From positions 416,001 to 480,000 of the forward strand of contig CAVSHB010000001.1 in assembly GCA_963727775.1 (NCBI GenBank): a DNA stretch of 64,000 nt, in the 5' to 3' direction. Below, in pieces: positions 32,582 to 41,250 of this stretch. The notes under the pieces are model-generated. The model was not told the origin of the DNA. It did not search any database and was given only the letters and a program-made list of their open reading frames with translations. Each line of letters opens with the position of its first letter. The stretch's first letter is position 1. The DNA is from an uncultured Nitrospiraceae bacterium (GTDB lineage: Bacteria > Nitrospirota > Thermodesulfovibrionia > Thermodesulfovibrionales > SM23-35). A program made the translations under genes and the position numbers.

Positions 32582-32872
32582 CGTTCTGAGAATATCCAAG
32601 CCGTTATCAACCGTAGATCTTTTCGTTTTCCTTGGCTGCATCGCACTTTATCGATATATTGTTGGCAATAGACGCGGTAATCATATTATTATTTTACCCC
32701 GTGGCGCAAGTTACCTACGCTGCATGGGTAAACATTCAGTATTTTATGTGCTCTTATCAGTGTTCGACGTGCAAAGCCCCGGTAATTAAATGTAAAATAT
32801 GGCGTGATAGAAAAATTTTCCTTAGCGTTGTTTTTTTACGTTTACTAATCCCACCCAATTTTTGCTTTTTAT

Positions 32873-33014
32873 TAATCTCCATACCCCGCCGTCTCTGCGG
32901 CGGGCACCTTACGTCGTCGGGGTGCAGGGCGTCGGAGCGAAGCGCAGACCCTTGCCGACCCGCGGGGTCTAATACCCCGTGGTGTCGTGCCGAGCAAAGC
33001 GAGGTTTAGTTTAT
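32873..33014 (+). mobile_element. 142-bp element, copy 2
   Basis: Identical sequence; follows TTTAT. Confidence 0.85.
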
Positions 33015-33095
33015 TGCACATCTATTTTATCCTGTACAAAGACCATTCTACAATACTCTGTTTGCTCCTTTTGTGTTTTTTGTACAACTAATGGC

Positions 33096-35090
33096 TTAGA
33101 ACTGTCCGATAATCCTGAAAAATATGTTGTTCGTTACGTAATCAAAATCAGAGAAGCTGGAATTCCGTTTTTCATATTTATACCCCAAATCTAATTGTAT
33201 CCATTCCCTGAATTTATAGGAAAGCGCGAGAGTACCCGAATAATAATCGTCTTCCAGCGGTTTTGTTATGCCGTTGAAAGTGAGCGCGCCCGTATATTGA
33301 TCATTTGTATAAGAGAGGTTTATATTACCTGTCAACTTCCCGGTAATTCTCTGCACATAGTTAGCTCCAAAGGTAGTGGCAACTATGAAATTCGTGCCGG
33401 CCACATCAGTTTCATCGGTTTTCCTTGATGCTTTGAGGATTAAGGAAGTTTTCGGGGTAAATTTATGGTCGATCTGCGCTTCAAGAATAAAATTATTACC
33501 GCCCTTTATGGCAGGGTCAACGAATTCTTTGACGCCGTAACCTGCCTTTATGCTTCCCTTGGATTTAGCGGTTATGTCCCATTGAATACCGCCGAAGAAA
33601 TTATTCTCCCGACTATTGGATAAAGTATCTGTGGCATAATTGATATCGGCAAATTCATATTCCACAAAGACAGATGTTTTCGGTCTGACTTTATAAAAGA
33701 TGTAGCTTGAAAATGTATTGTCGACGCGATCTCTGAATTTGTTCCTTGAGGCGTCATAGTTCAGAATAAAGTTGGTATAATCGATCCTAAACTTGAATTT
33801 ATCGCCGGAGTCATATGTCACTATAAAATCAGCCAGGTTATTCCAGAATTTGTCGAGTTCCGTTGTCACGCCTGATATGCCGGTGCTGCGAGCATCATGT
33901 GAGAATAAAAGATGGTCAGCGAATTCAAAGGAAAGGCCGCCTCTCAGGTTATACTGGAAAAGGCCCCCTGCTGTGTGGCTGATGTCGTTTCCTGAAGAGT
34001 TATTAGAAAACAGCTCAATATCAGCATTGTAAAATAAATACGTCTGATACCGCTTAAAGGTCTGGGGGCTATACCTGCTGAGGCTGAACCCGCCCGGTGA
34101 TAAGTTTGATGTATCGATATTGAGCAGCCTTTCATTAACGTGCGGAAATGTCAGCCATATCCCTGGAGTTATTACCGTTGCGAAATCACTCTTTTTGTTG
34201 TCTTTGGTGTAAAAAACATTGTCGGTATAATATCCGGTAATCGCCAGGAATGGATGCAGAAAACCTTTCCTTGTACCGAAGACATACTCTGTAGACTTTC
34301 CTTTTGGGGTACCGGAGGGTATATTTTCAGTCGGCTGTAACGGAGCAGGCTCGCTCCTGGTTTCTCCGGCAGTTGAGATAGTGCTTGACGGCGCTTCAGG
34401 AAGCACAGCCGGTCTTTCTTCCATAACAGATTTTTCTGCAGGAGAGTTTATCGGCGGGGGTGGCTCCTTTGTAATTTCCCGTGAAGGCGGGGTATCGTTT
34501 GCCTGAGCTTTTAGTCCTCCATACGGGGTCCCTTCTCCATGGTCTTCTTCAGTTACTGATGGTCCCTGTAATTCAGCTTCCTCTCCGATTTCGACGGGCG
34601 ACAGGGCATCTTGAGACCGGTCCGTCTGTTTTTTGGCAAAAACAGAATAAATTATAGTATTGTCCTCAGAAACATCGCTTTTCAGTACTGTCTCATATCC
34701 TTTGTTGTTTAATCCTTCTGCAAAACGGATAGCATCCTCAATGTCTCCGAAAGTCTTAAGAACAGCAATCTGTGTTTCATCGGAAGGCAAAGCGTTTTTT
34801 GATAAGTCTTTGACTTTTGCGGCAAAAACTCTATATAACGTTTTTTTGTCTTTTGAAGGGCCCTTTCGAATTTCTACTTCGTATCCTTCATCCCTTAATT
34901 CCCTTGCAAATTCTTCTGCGTTCTTTTTAACCTTGAAGGTTGCAACCTGTTTCAATTGTGAATTGTGGGAGGCGATGGTCCTGGAAGATTCAGCAGGGCA
35001 TACTCCCATTAGGGGGGAGAAAAGTGTAACGATTATGAATAGTGCTATCCATTTTATGTTCATATTTGGAAAGGAGAGCCTGTCAGGCAA
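33096..35090 (-). CDS. Outer-membrane beta-barrel protein (polysaccharide-export type, inferred) with N-terminal SPOR-like repeats
   Basis: Signal peptide; two QVATF..KNA..FA..L...GY repeats; P/E-rich linker; alternating beta strands; C-terminal Phe. Confidence 0.7.
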   Translation of the reverse strand: MPDRLSFPNMNIKWIALFIIVTLFSPLMGVCPAESSRTIASHNSQLKQVATFKVKKNAEEFARELRDEGYEVEIRKGPSKDKKTLYRVFAAKVKDLSKNALPSDETQIAVLKTFGDIEDAIRFAEGLNNKGYETVLKSDVSEDNTIIYSVFAKKQTDRSQDALSPVEIGEEAELQGPSVTEEDHGEGTPYGGLKAQANDTPPSREITKEPPPPINSPAEKSVMEERPAVLPEAPSSTISTAGETRSEPAPLQPTENIPSGTPKGKSTEYVFGTRKGFLHPFLAITGYYTDNVFYTKDNKKSDFATVITPGIWLTFPHVNERLLNIDTSNLSPGGFSLSRYSPQTFKRYQTYLFYNADIELFSNNSSGNDISHTAGGLFQYNLRGGLSFEFADHLLFSHDARSTGISGVTTELDKFWNNLADFIVTYDSGDKFKFRIDYTNFILNYDASRNKFRDRVDNTFSSYIFYKVRPKTSVFVEYEFADINYATDTLSNSRENNFFGGIQWDITAKSKGSIKAGYGVKEFVDPAIKGGNNFILEAQIDHKFTPKTSLILKASRKTDETDVAGTNFIVATTFGANYVQRITGKLTGNINLSYTNDQYTGALTFNGITKPLEDDYYSGTLALSYKFREWIQLDLGYKYEKRNSSFSDFDYVTNNIFFRIIGQF

Positions 35091-35226
35091 AATAAGAGTC
35101 CACTTCTTAACATATCAGGCAACATTGCATCATCGGCATCGGATAGTATTGGACCTTTACTCATAACTTAATTCTGGTGATATAGTGAGCCTTCTCCTTC
35201 AAGGCTATTGTCTCTATTTGATCAAT

Positions 35227-35785
35227 TTAGTTGGCAAGCAATTCAAATACTTCTTTAAATTCTTCTGAGAGATTCACAAATTCACCGAGGTGATCGACAT
35301 CTGGTTTATAATGGCTTTCTTCATGTTCTTCCATTAAATCTATAAGTTCTTTTATCTTCTCCCATGAATCATCTGTGAATTTCAAGCCAGCTGTATATAC
35401 GGGAATAATATTGCCTTTATGATCGGCTTTGGATTCAGTCAATGAAGACCATACAACAACCCCTTTTACCCGTATGTCACTATCTTTAGTTTCCAATCTG
35501 AGTAGATACTCTTTTCCGATATTCAATCGCCTGTCGGCTTTCAATGAGGCTCCTCCCATACTTAAATTATGAAGTACCACCTCATCGGCAAAAGCCATTT
35601 TGACATTGATTAATCTCCATACCCCGCCGTCTCTGCGGCGGGCACCTTACGTCGTCGGGGTGCAGGGCGTCGGAGCGAAGCGCAGACCCTTGCCGACCCG
35701 CGGGGTCTAATACCCCGTGGTGTCGTGCCGAGCAAAGCGAGGTTTAGTTTATTTTGTGCCTCTTATATTTTCTTTTATCTTCCAT
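35227..35785 (-). pseudogene. PilZ-domain protein split by element copy 3
   Basis: Removing 35611-35752 gives in-frame MEDKRKYKRHK-INVKMAFADEVVLHNLSMGG with RxxxR and NxSxxG motifs. Confidence 0.85.
35611..35752 (+). mobile_element. 142-bp element, copy 3 (intragenic)
   Basis: Identical sequence; follows TTGAT. Confidence 0.87.
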
Positions 35786-35832
35786 ATCATTTATCTAAGA
35801 CATTGTTGATATATCGAGGAGATTCCGCTTAT

Positions 35833-35877
35833 ATTTTAGAGGTCTCAACAATGAAATACATCCTACCTAGGTAGGGG
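35833..35877 (-). promoter_or_regulatory. Palindromic operator CCTACCTAGGTAGG with downstream -10 TAAAAT
   Basis: Perfect 14-bp palindrome 35862-35875; same motif and spacing recur at 39232-39276. Confidence 0.65.
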
Positions 35878-35920
35878 AAGAGAGAAGATATTTTTTCAGT
35901 TTTTTGGCTAGATTTTGCTG

Positions 35921-36511
35921 CTAGGAAGAATACATGAGGGTTCGTATAAGTGCCATTCTGTTTTCAACACCTATTTTCATATAAATGTTACTAAGATGGT
36001 CTTTTACAGTCTGCTCTGTTATCTCAACGTCCTCCGCAATTTCAGTATTTTTTAAGCCATCGAGAACACGTCTAAGAATATCTGTTTCCTTTCTTGTCAA
36101 TCCATACTGCCTTCTTATTTCATTCATCTCCAGTTTATTGGAAATCTTTTCTTCCATAATGAATATCACAACAAGCGGGTTGGGGGTTTCAAATATTAGG
36201 AAACTAAACCTCCAATTGCTTGGTGAGCCATCAAGCGTTTTTGTTAAATGGACTTCTCCTGGAAATAGTTCATTAGTTTTAGATGTTTTTATGGCATCAA
36301 AAATTCTTTTGTTTATAGTTGTTATCTCATCTGGGAGTTTGTGTCTGTTGAGAAAATACCTCGCTTGCCTATTACTATAAACAATATCTAATTTCTCATC
36401 AAAGACAATGACACCCGTGGGCATTTTATAAAGGATATGGTCGGTAATCTCATTGTTGAAGCACATGTTATCAGTGTTCATCTTATAGGCCTCTTTCAAA
36501 TTATGCATCAA
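35921..36511 (-). CDS. LuxR/NarL-family HTH regulator with PAS-like N-terminus
   Basis: LTRKETDIL..VLDGLKNTEIA..V.ITEQTVKDHLSNIYMKIGV. Confidence 0.9.
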   Translation of the reverse strand: MMHNLKEAYKMNTDNMCFNNEITDHILYKMPTGVIVFDEKLDIVYSNRQARYFLNRHKLPDEITTINKRIFDAIKTSKTNELFPGEVHLTKTLDGSPSNWRFSFLIFETPNPLVVIFIMEEKISNKLEMNEIRRQYGLTRKETDILRRVLDGLKNTEIAEDVEITEQTVKDHLSNIYMKIGVENRMALIRTLMYSS

Positions 36512-37482
36512 AATTCAAATTTACCGGGAATTAAGGGAAATTCAAAGTCTATTTTTGGAAAGATCGTATCGAATGCTTTGACAACATTTGGGTCAAATTG
36601 TTTCCCCGAGTTTGATAGAATTTCTTCTTTAGCTTGTAATGGCGAAAAGCCTTTGCGATACGGACGGTCTGAAATTAAAGCATCGTAAACGTCAGCAACT
36701 GCGATAATCCTTGCTCCCAAAGGAATATTTTCTCCTTCTAAGCCTTGGCTTCCACTCCCATCATATTTTTCATGATGATATAGAATGAGTGGTATGAGTT
36801 GTAGCACCCTTCCACCCATAGGATGCAATACATCAGCGCCATATTTTGCATGAATATTCATATGGGTACGCTCTTCGGGTGACAATTTGCCAACCTTTTG
36901 AAGAATCGTGCTGCTAACTCCTATCTTCCCTATATCGTGAAGTAAAGCTGCAATCCTAATATTTTCCATTTCCTCTTCAGGACATATCATCTCTTTTGCA
37001 ATCATTTCAGAAATAACAGAAACTCGATACGAATGACTCTGGGTCTCTTTGTCTACAGAATCTATTACGAGAGATAACATCTCAACAATACCTCTATAGG
37101 TTAACCGTATCTCCTTGTTAGCGTTCTCCTTCTTTTCATAGAGAAGTCCCATGTAATAACCTGTAATCGTAAGGAAGCATCCCCAAGTAAAAATATCTAA
37201 CCAGAGATTCAGTTGGCTATCCAAAGAACTATGAATAAAAGTATATGGATAAACATATGCAATTATAGAAATGATAATAACTGACAATATTGCCGAATAA
37301 GTAGCATGGCGTTTGCCATAAAAATATGCACCAATGAGCACTGGCAAATAGAAGAAATTCAAAAAGGCGCGCTGATTATATACAAAAAAGAAGATGAAGC
37401 CAGCAATAGCGACAAGGAGGAAGACAATAATTAATTCCTTGTCAACTTTGAAATAATCTTCAATGCGTTCTTTAAATCGCAA
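36508..37482 (-). CDS. Membrane-anchored HD-GYP-family phosphodiesterase with GYP replaced by GSQ
   Basis: N-terminal TM helices, HSYRV, LHDIGK, HHEKYDGSGSQ, ADVYDAL..DRPY, QFDP. Confidence 0.85.
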   Translation of the reverse strand: MRFKERIEDYFKVDKELIIVFLLVAIAGFIFFFVYNQRAFLNFFYLPVLIGAYFYGKRHATYSAILSVIIISIIAYVYPYTFIHSSLDSQLNLWLDIFTWGCFLTITGYYMGLLYEKKENANKEIRLTYRGIVEMLSLVIDSVDKETQSHSYRVSVISEMIAKEMICPEEEMENIRIAALLHDIGKIGVSSTILQKVGKLSPEERTHMNIHAKYGADVLHPMGGRVLQLIPLILYHHEKYDGSGSQGLEGENIPLGARIIAVADVYDALISDRPYRKGFSPLQAKEEILSNSGKQFDPNVVKAFDTIFPKIDFEFPLIPGKFEF

Positions 37483-37724
37483 TTTTTATCCTACACTTTC
37501 AGCGACGCATAATAAAAATTGTTAAAAAATTGTGCTTCCCATAATTTATTGCCTAAAAACATATTCTCATTATACCAAATATACTAAATACCAATATTAA
37601 GGGTAAATTATGTAGTGAAGTTGCATTATATGGATCCAGCTTTGGGTAATGAGTTGATGAATATATATGCCGTCTCTTATCCTCTATTATGCGTCTGAAA
37701 GCTGAACCTGAATTGAGAAGTCTT

Positions 37725-38279
37725 TTACGATAGCACTCTCTTTATGAAGTCCCTTAATGCCCACTGCGCATCATTCTTGATTTCTTTGAACGCGATTCCC
37801 ATGCCGGATATATGCTCGATAGGATGTTGAATATGAATGACGACGCCTTTCATTTGGATATCTCCGACTGTTTCCAGTAGCAGCCTTATTCCCACTTCAG
37901 TACCTACGAGAAAAGGCATTGCTGTTTTGATGTACATTCCTCCTTCCGCGAGGTTACTGGTGTAAAGTTCATGAGTGTTACCCTTATAAGTTATGTAAAC
38001 TTTGTTTGATAAGATAACTCTCTGATGTCTTCTTCGGGTACCTGACGGTGAGGAGATGTTTGCAATCTCTGCCTTGAGGATATCAAACACCTTCTTTGAC
38101 AGATCCTCGTCGATGAATAAGGCAATCCTTTTGCTGATCCTATCAGCAGCGGATATCAAACTCTCTTTATTCTCAGCTGCTGCGTTTATGATCTCCAAAG
38201 TCTTATTAATGAACATAGTGCTGGCAATCTCGCTCAATCGTTCACTAATAATCTCCTTAAAATGGTCTTTGGCGTTCAT
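37725..38279 (-). CDS. PilZ-domain protein with helical N-terminal extension
   Basis: RRRHQR and NLAEGG motifs, C-terminal GMGIAF. Confidence 0.82.
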   Translation of the reverse strand: MNAKDHFKEIISERLSEIASTMFINKTLEIINAAAENKESLISAADRISKRIALFIDEDLSKKVFDILKAEIANISSPSGTRRRHQRVILSNKVYITYKGNTHELYTSNLAEGGMYIKTAMPFLVGTEVGIRLLLETVGDIQMKGVVIHIQHPIEHISGMGIAFKEIKNDAQWALRDFIKRVLS

Positions 38280-38359
38280 AATACATGAGTTACAGTCCTA
38301 CCTCTTTTATTAAGAACTTCAGCCATAATCTCTCTGCCCTTATTCTTAAATTTTATCAC

Positions 38360-38590
38360 TCATTTAATAACAGTATCTTTGCTTAACAGTAGGTTACCTA
38401 TATTTTCTTTTGTGCAATTTACAAAAATTTGTGTAGTTATTGTTTTGGTCGAAGGTCCGATTATTGCTGATTCATTTTTGCAATATCCTGCAAAAAATAC
38501 AGTTGTCTTTCCAGAGTGACTATTAAAAATCGATGCTAATCTGCCTGATATCATTTCAGCATATCCATTAGAAAATGTTCCTGAAAGCAA
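38360..38590 (-). CDS. Hypothetical protein or detached C-terminal part of the upstream PilZ gene
   Basis: Same frame as 38642-38980, separated only by a TAA. Confidence 0.3.
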   Translation of the reverse strand: MLSGTFSNGYAEMISGRLASIFNSHSGKTTVFFAGYCKNESAIIGPSTKTITTQIFVNCTKENIGNLLLSKDTVIK

Positions 38591-38641
38591 GACAAGTGCG
38601 AGAATTGTAAATACGAATGTTATAACCCCAATCGCGGCATA

Positions 38642-38980
38642 TTATATGTTGACTATTTCCTTCAAATGGGATGTTATAAGAGATTTCAAATAGTGTATGT
38701 ATGTTGTATCTTTTCCTATGAGTTCAACTCCCAACCCACGCTTCCTATCAGATTCAGGCAGTTCGACTCTTCTTCTCACAATACCAGTAACAAGCCAACT
38801 TGTATTGTCTGGCATAAATATTTCAATGTCGATTACCTCATCGATTGCGAAGTCCTGATCACCTTTTATGAATAAACCATTTTCAGAAACATCACACAAT
38901 AGACCCCAGGACACTATTGATTGATAACTGAGTTTGACATGAATTCTCGCAGTAAATCTCCTGTATTTTCTTTTGTCCAT
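38642..38980 (-). CDS. PilZ-domain protein
   Basis: KRKYRR and DVSENG motifs, GLGVE. Confidence 0.85.
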   Translation of the reverse strand: MDKRKYRRFTARIHVKLSYQSIVSWGLLCDVSENGLFIKGDQDFAIDEVIDIEIFMPDNTSWLVTGIVRRRVELPESDRKRGLGVELIGKDTTYIHYLKSLITSHLKEIVNI

Positions 38981-38992
38981 GAAACCTACCTC

Positions 38993-39205
38993 TTACGTGA
39001 CTTTATCAGCATTCTTGAGTAGTTGACGTCCTTCCTCTCCTTCGAAATCAATGATGGGCTCTTTTCTTATCGGGGCGGCATCAAGCAAGCACCACCCCGT
39101 TGAACGCAAAAACTTCTTTATTTTTCTATTTACAATAAGTTCATCGAGTTCAGAGTCTTCTACTAAGCCATATTTACCAGTCTGATAAATTACATTAATA
39201 AGCAT
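38993..39205 (-). CDS. Small conserved protein resembling the GSU3473 family
   Basis: MLI.V.Y..GKYG.V....LDELI....I.KF.RSTGW pattern (recalled, not searched). Confidence 0.7.
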   Translation of the reverse strand: MLINVIYQTGKYGLVEDSELDELIVNRKIKKFLRSTGWCLLDAAPIRKEPIIDFEGEEGRQLLKNADKVT

Positions 39206-39231
39206 AATCTTACCTTAACCTTACACTGCTG

Positions 39232-39276
39232 ATTATAATGATCTAAATTCATGCGTCAATCCTACCTGGGTAGGGG
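39232..39276 (-). promoter_or_regulatory. Sigma-70-type promoter TTGACG-16-TATAAT with adjacent palindromic operator
   Basis: Minus strand reads CCCCTACCCAGGTAGGA TTGACG N16 TATAAT. Confidence 0.72.
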
Positions 39277-39518
39277 TATAACTACAATTGAACGGCAGTT
39301 GAGCCTCCTTGATTTTGCGGACTTGACCAGGTCTACTACGCACTTGGCGAAAAAATGTTGAGCATACGATCTACATGAAAAAATGGGAAGTATTTGATTG
39401 CCTGCAAAATATGTTAAGAAAAAAGCAAAATATGCTTGATAATTCTGATTTACATAGTTGTTACAATTCTTTATACTCTGGAATTAGCGTTCGCTTGATG
39501 CATTATTGCAAGCCCTAA

Positions 39519-40250
39519 TTGAGAATAATGGACAAAAAATCCCTTCTTTTAGTTGATGATGATGAATTTATCAGGGATATAATTAAGGCTTCCCTTGAGA
39601 AAGAATATAATATATTTGAGGCTTCCCAGTATTCGGATGTTCTTGGTTTGTCCGGGTCCCATATCGACCTTGCCATTATAGATTATGCCCTGCCTGATAG
39701 TGACGGGTTTGAGGTATTAAAGACTCTCAGGAAAACCAACCCCACACTGCCTGCAATAATAATGACCGGCTATAGTGATGAGGATATTGTCATAAAAGCC
39801 ATAAGGTCTACAGTGACTGATTACATAAAGAAACCGCTGAGCCTTGCGTATCTCAGAATGCGCGTAGCGGAAATACTCGGAGAAAAAGAATTAGATATGC
39901 CTATCCGGGATGTGGAAGAAAAAGATGACTTCATACTGGACGGCATTGCATTACATATCAAGGAAAACTATATGAAAGACCTTACTCTCGATAAACTTGC
40001 ACGTATGGCATGTATGAGTAGATTCAGGTTCTGCAGGTCATTCAAAGAGAGGTTCGGGCAAACTTTTGTTTCTTACATCAACGGTATCAGGGCAAATAAT
40101 GCCGCCGAGCTTCTTAATAATCCCGATCTGAATATCGCGGAAATAGCATTCCATGTAGGGTTCAAGAGCGCAGGGCATTTCTGCCGTGTCTTTAAAATGG
40201 TGCATGAAACATCTCCCAGTGAATTTCGGAAAAGAATAACGGGCCCGTAA
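39519..40250 (+). CDS. Response regulator, REC plus AraC-type HTH
   Basis: LLVDDD, DYALP..DG, KP; MSRFRFCRSFK, IAFHVGFKS..HFCRVFK. Confidence 0.92.
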   Translation: MRIMDKKSLLLVDDDEFIRDIIKASLEKEYNIFEASQYSDVLGLSGSHIDLAIIDYALPDSDGFEVLKTLRKTNPTLPAIIMTGYSDEDIVIKAIRSTVTDYIKKPLSLAYLRMRVAEILGEKELDMPIRDVEEKDDFILDGIALHIKENYMKDLTLDKLARMACMSRFRFCRSFKERFGQTFVSYINGIRANNAAELLNNPDLNIAEIAFHVGFKSAGHFCRVFKMVHETSPSEFRKRITGP

Positions 40251-40624
40251 TGACTAAAAAGATACTCATCGTTGATGATAATGAGTCCAATCTGGAGATT
40301 TTCAGTACGCTGCTGAAGCGCAGTGGATATGAAACGATCGAGGCGCAAAACGGATATGAGGGCATAAAGCTTGCGATGAAAGAAAATCCTCATCTTATTC
40401 TTTTAGACATACAGATGCCGGTAATGGACGGGTTTGAAGCTTTGAAATTTCTCAAGGAGCAGCCTTCCACCAAAAACATTCCTTCTATAGCGATTACATC
40501 CTATCCGATGAGAGACGGAAGACACGGGTTTCTCAATTTCGGTTTTGATGATTATATTTCTAAGCCGATCAATATGAAGGAATTTATGAGTGTTATCAAC
40601 AGATATCTAAGGACGGGTATCTAA
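40250..40624 (+). CDS. Single-domain response regulator
   Basis: ILIVDDN, LLDIQMPVMDG, YISKP. Confidence 0.92.
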   Translation: MTKKILIVDDNESNLEIFSTLLKRSGYETIEAQNGYEGIKLAMKENPHLILLDIQMPVMDGFEALKFLKEQPSTKNIPSIAITSYPMRDGRHGFLNFGFDDYISKPINMKEFMSVINRYLRTGI

Positions 40625-41119
40625 TGTTCCACATATTGAACAGGGGATTAAGGTACAGGAGTATGCGATCCCCTGTATTTCTTCCGGCGATTCGCTCCGC
40701 GACAGTTTGTCGAGGAGCATAGGGAATACTTTCTCCCCGTCACCCAGCACTGCCCATGATGCGCCGGTATAACGCAGCAATTCTTCCGGCATAACAGAGA
40801 CAGCAGCCCCTCCGAGGATGACAGGCGCTGATGTGAACCTGCGGACTGTATCTATCAGTGGGATTAGGTCTCTAATAAAAAAGGCCGGGGATCGCATGTC
40901 GTTGTTATCGATATTCCTCACAGAAAGCCCTACAACGTCGGGATGTATTCTTTCCATTTCGCGCTGAACTGCTTTCAAATGGGCACGCTCGAACATCAGA
41001 TCCACTAAGCTGACTTCGTGCCCTGCCCGCTCAGCCGCTTCAGCGACCATACAAGCTCCGATCGGAATGACAGGCATCGGCAATTGGTTGCGATTTGTAC
41101 TGATAAGAAGGATATTCAT
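40607..41119 (-). pseudogene. Truncated cobalamin-binding radical SAM protein (B12-binding domain only)
   Basis: PVIPIG, PDVVGLSVRNIDN, ILGG, GDGE; ends before any CxxxCxxC radical SAM domain. Confidence 0.75.
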
Positions 41120-41250
41120 GTGACTTTAGTTAGAAATAGCTAATGCCCCCCTCAACTTTTTCACTTTTAGTGTGATTGAAGCAGCTATTTAAAATGTAGC
41201 AGGATAAATACTAATATGCAATATGCTATGGGACAAAGAAAGGATTTAAA

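Noticed and set aside
32338..33194. ORFs 32338-32646, 32632-33009, 32979-33194 (and 56994-57194)
   Set aside because: No recognisable domains; several are read-throughs of the GC-rich repeat.
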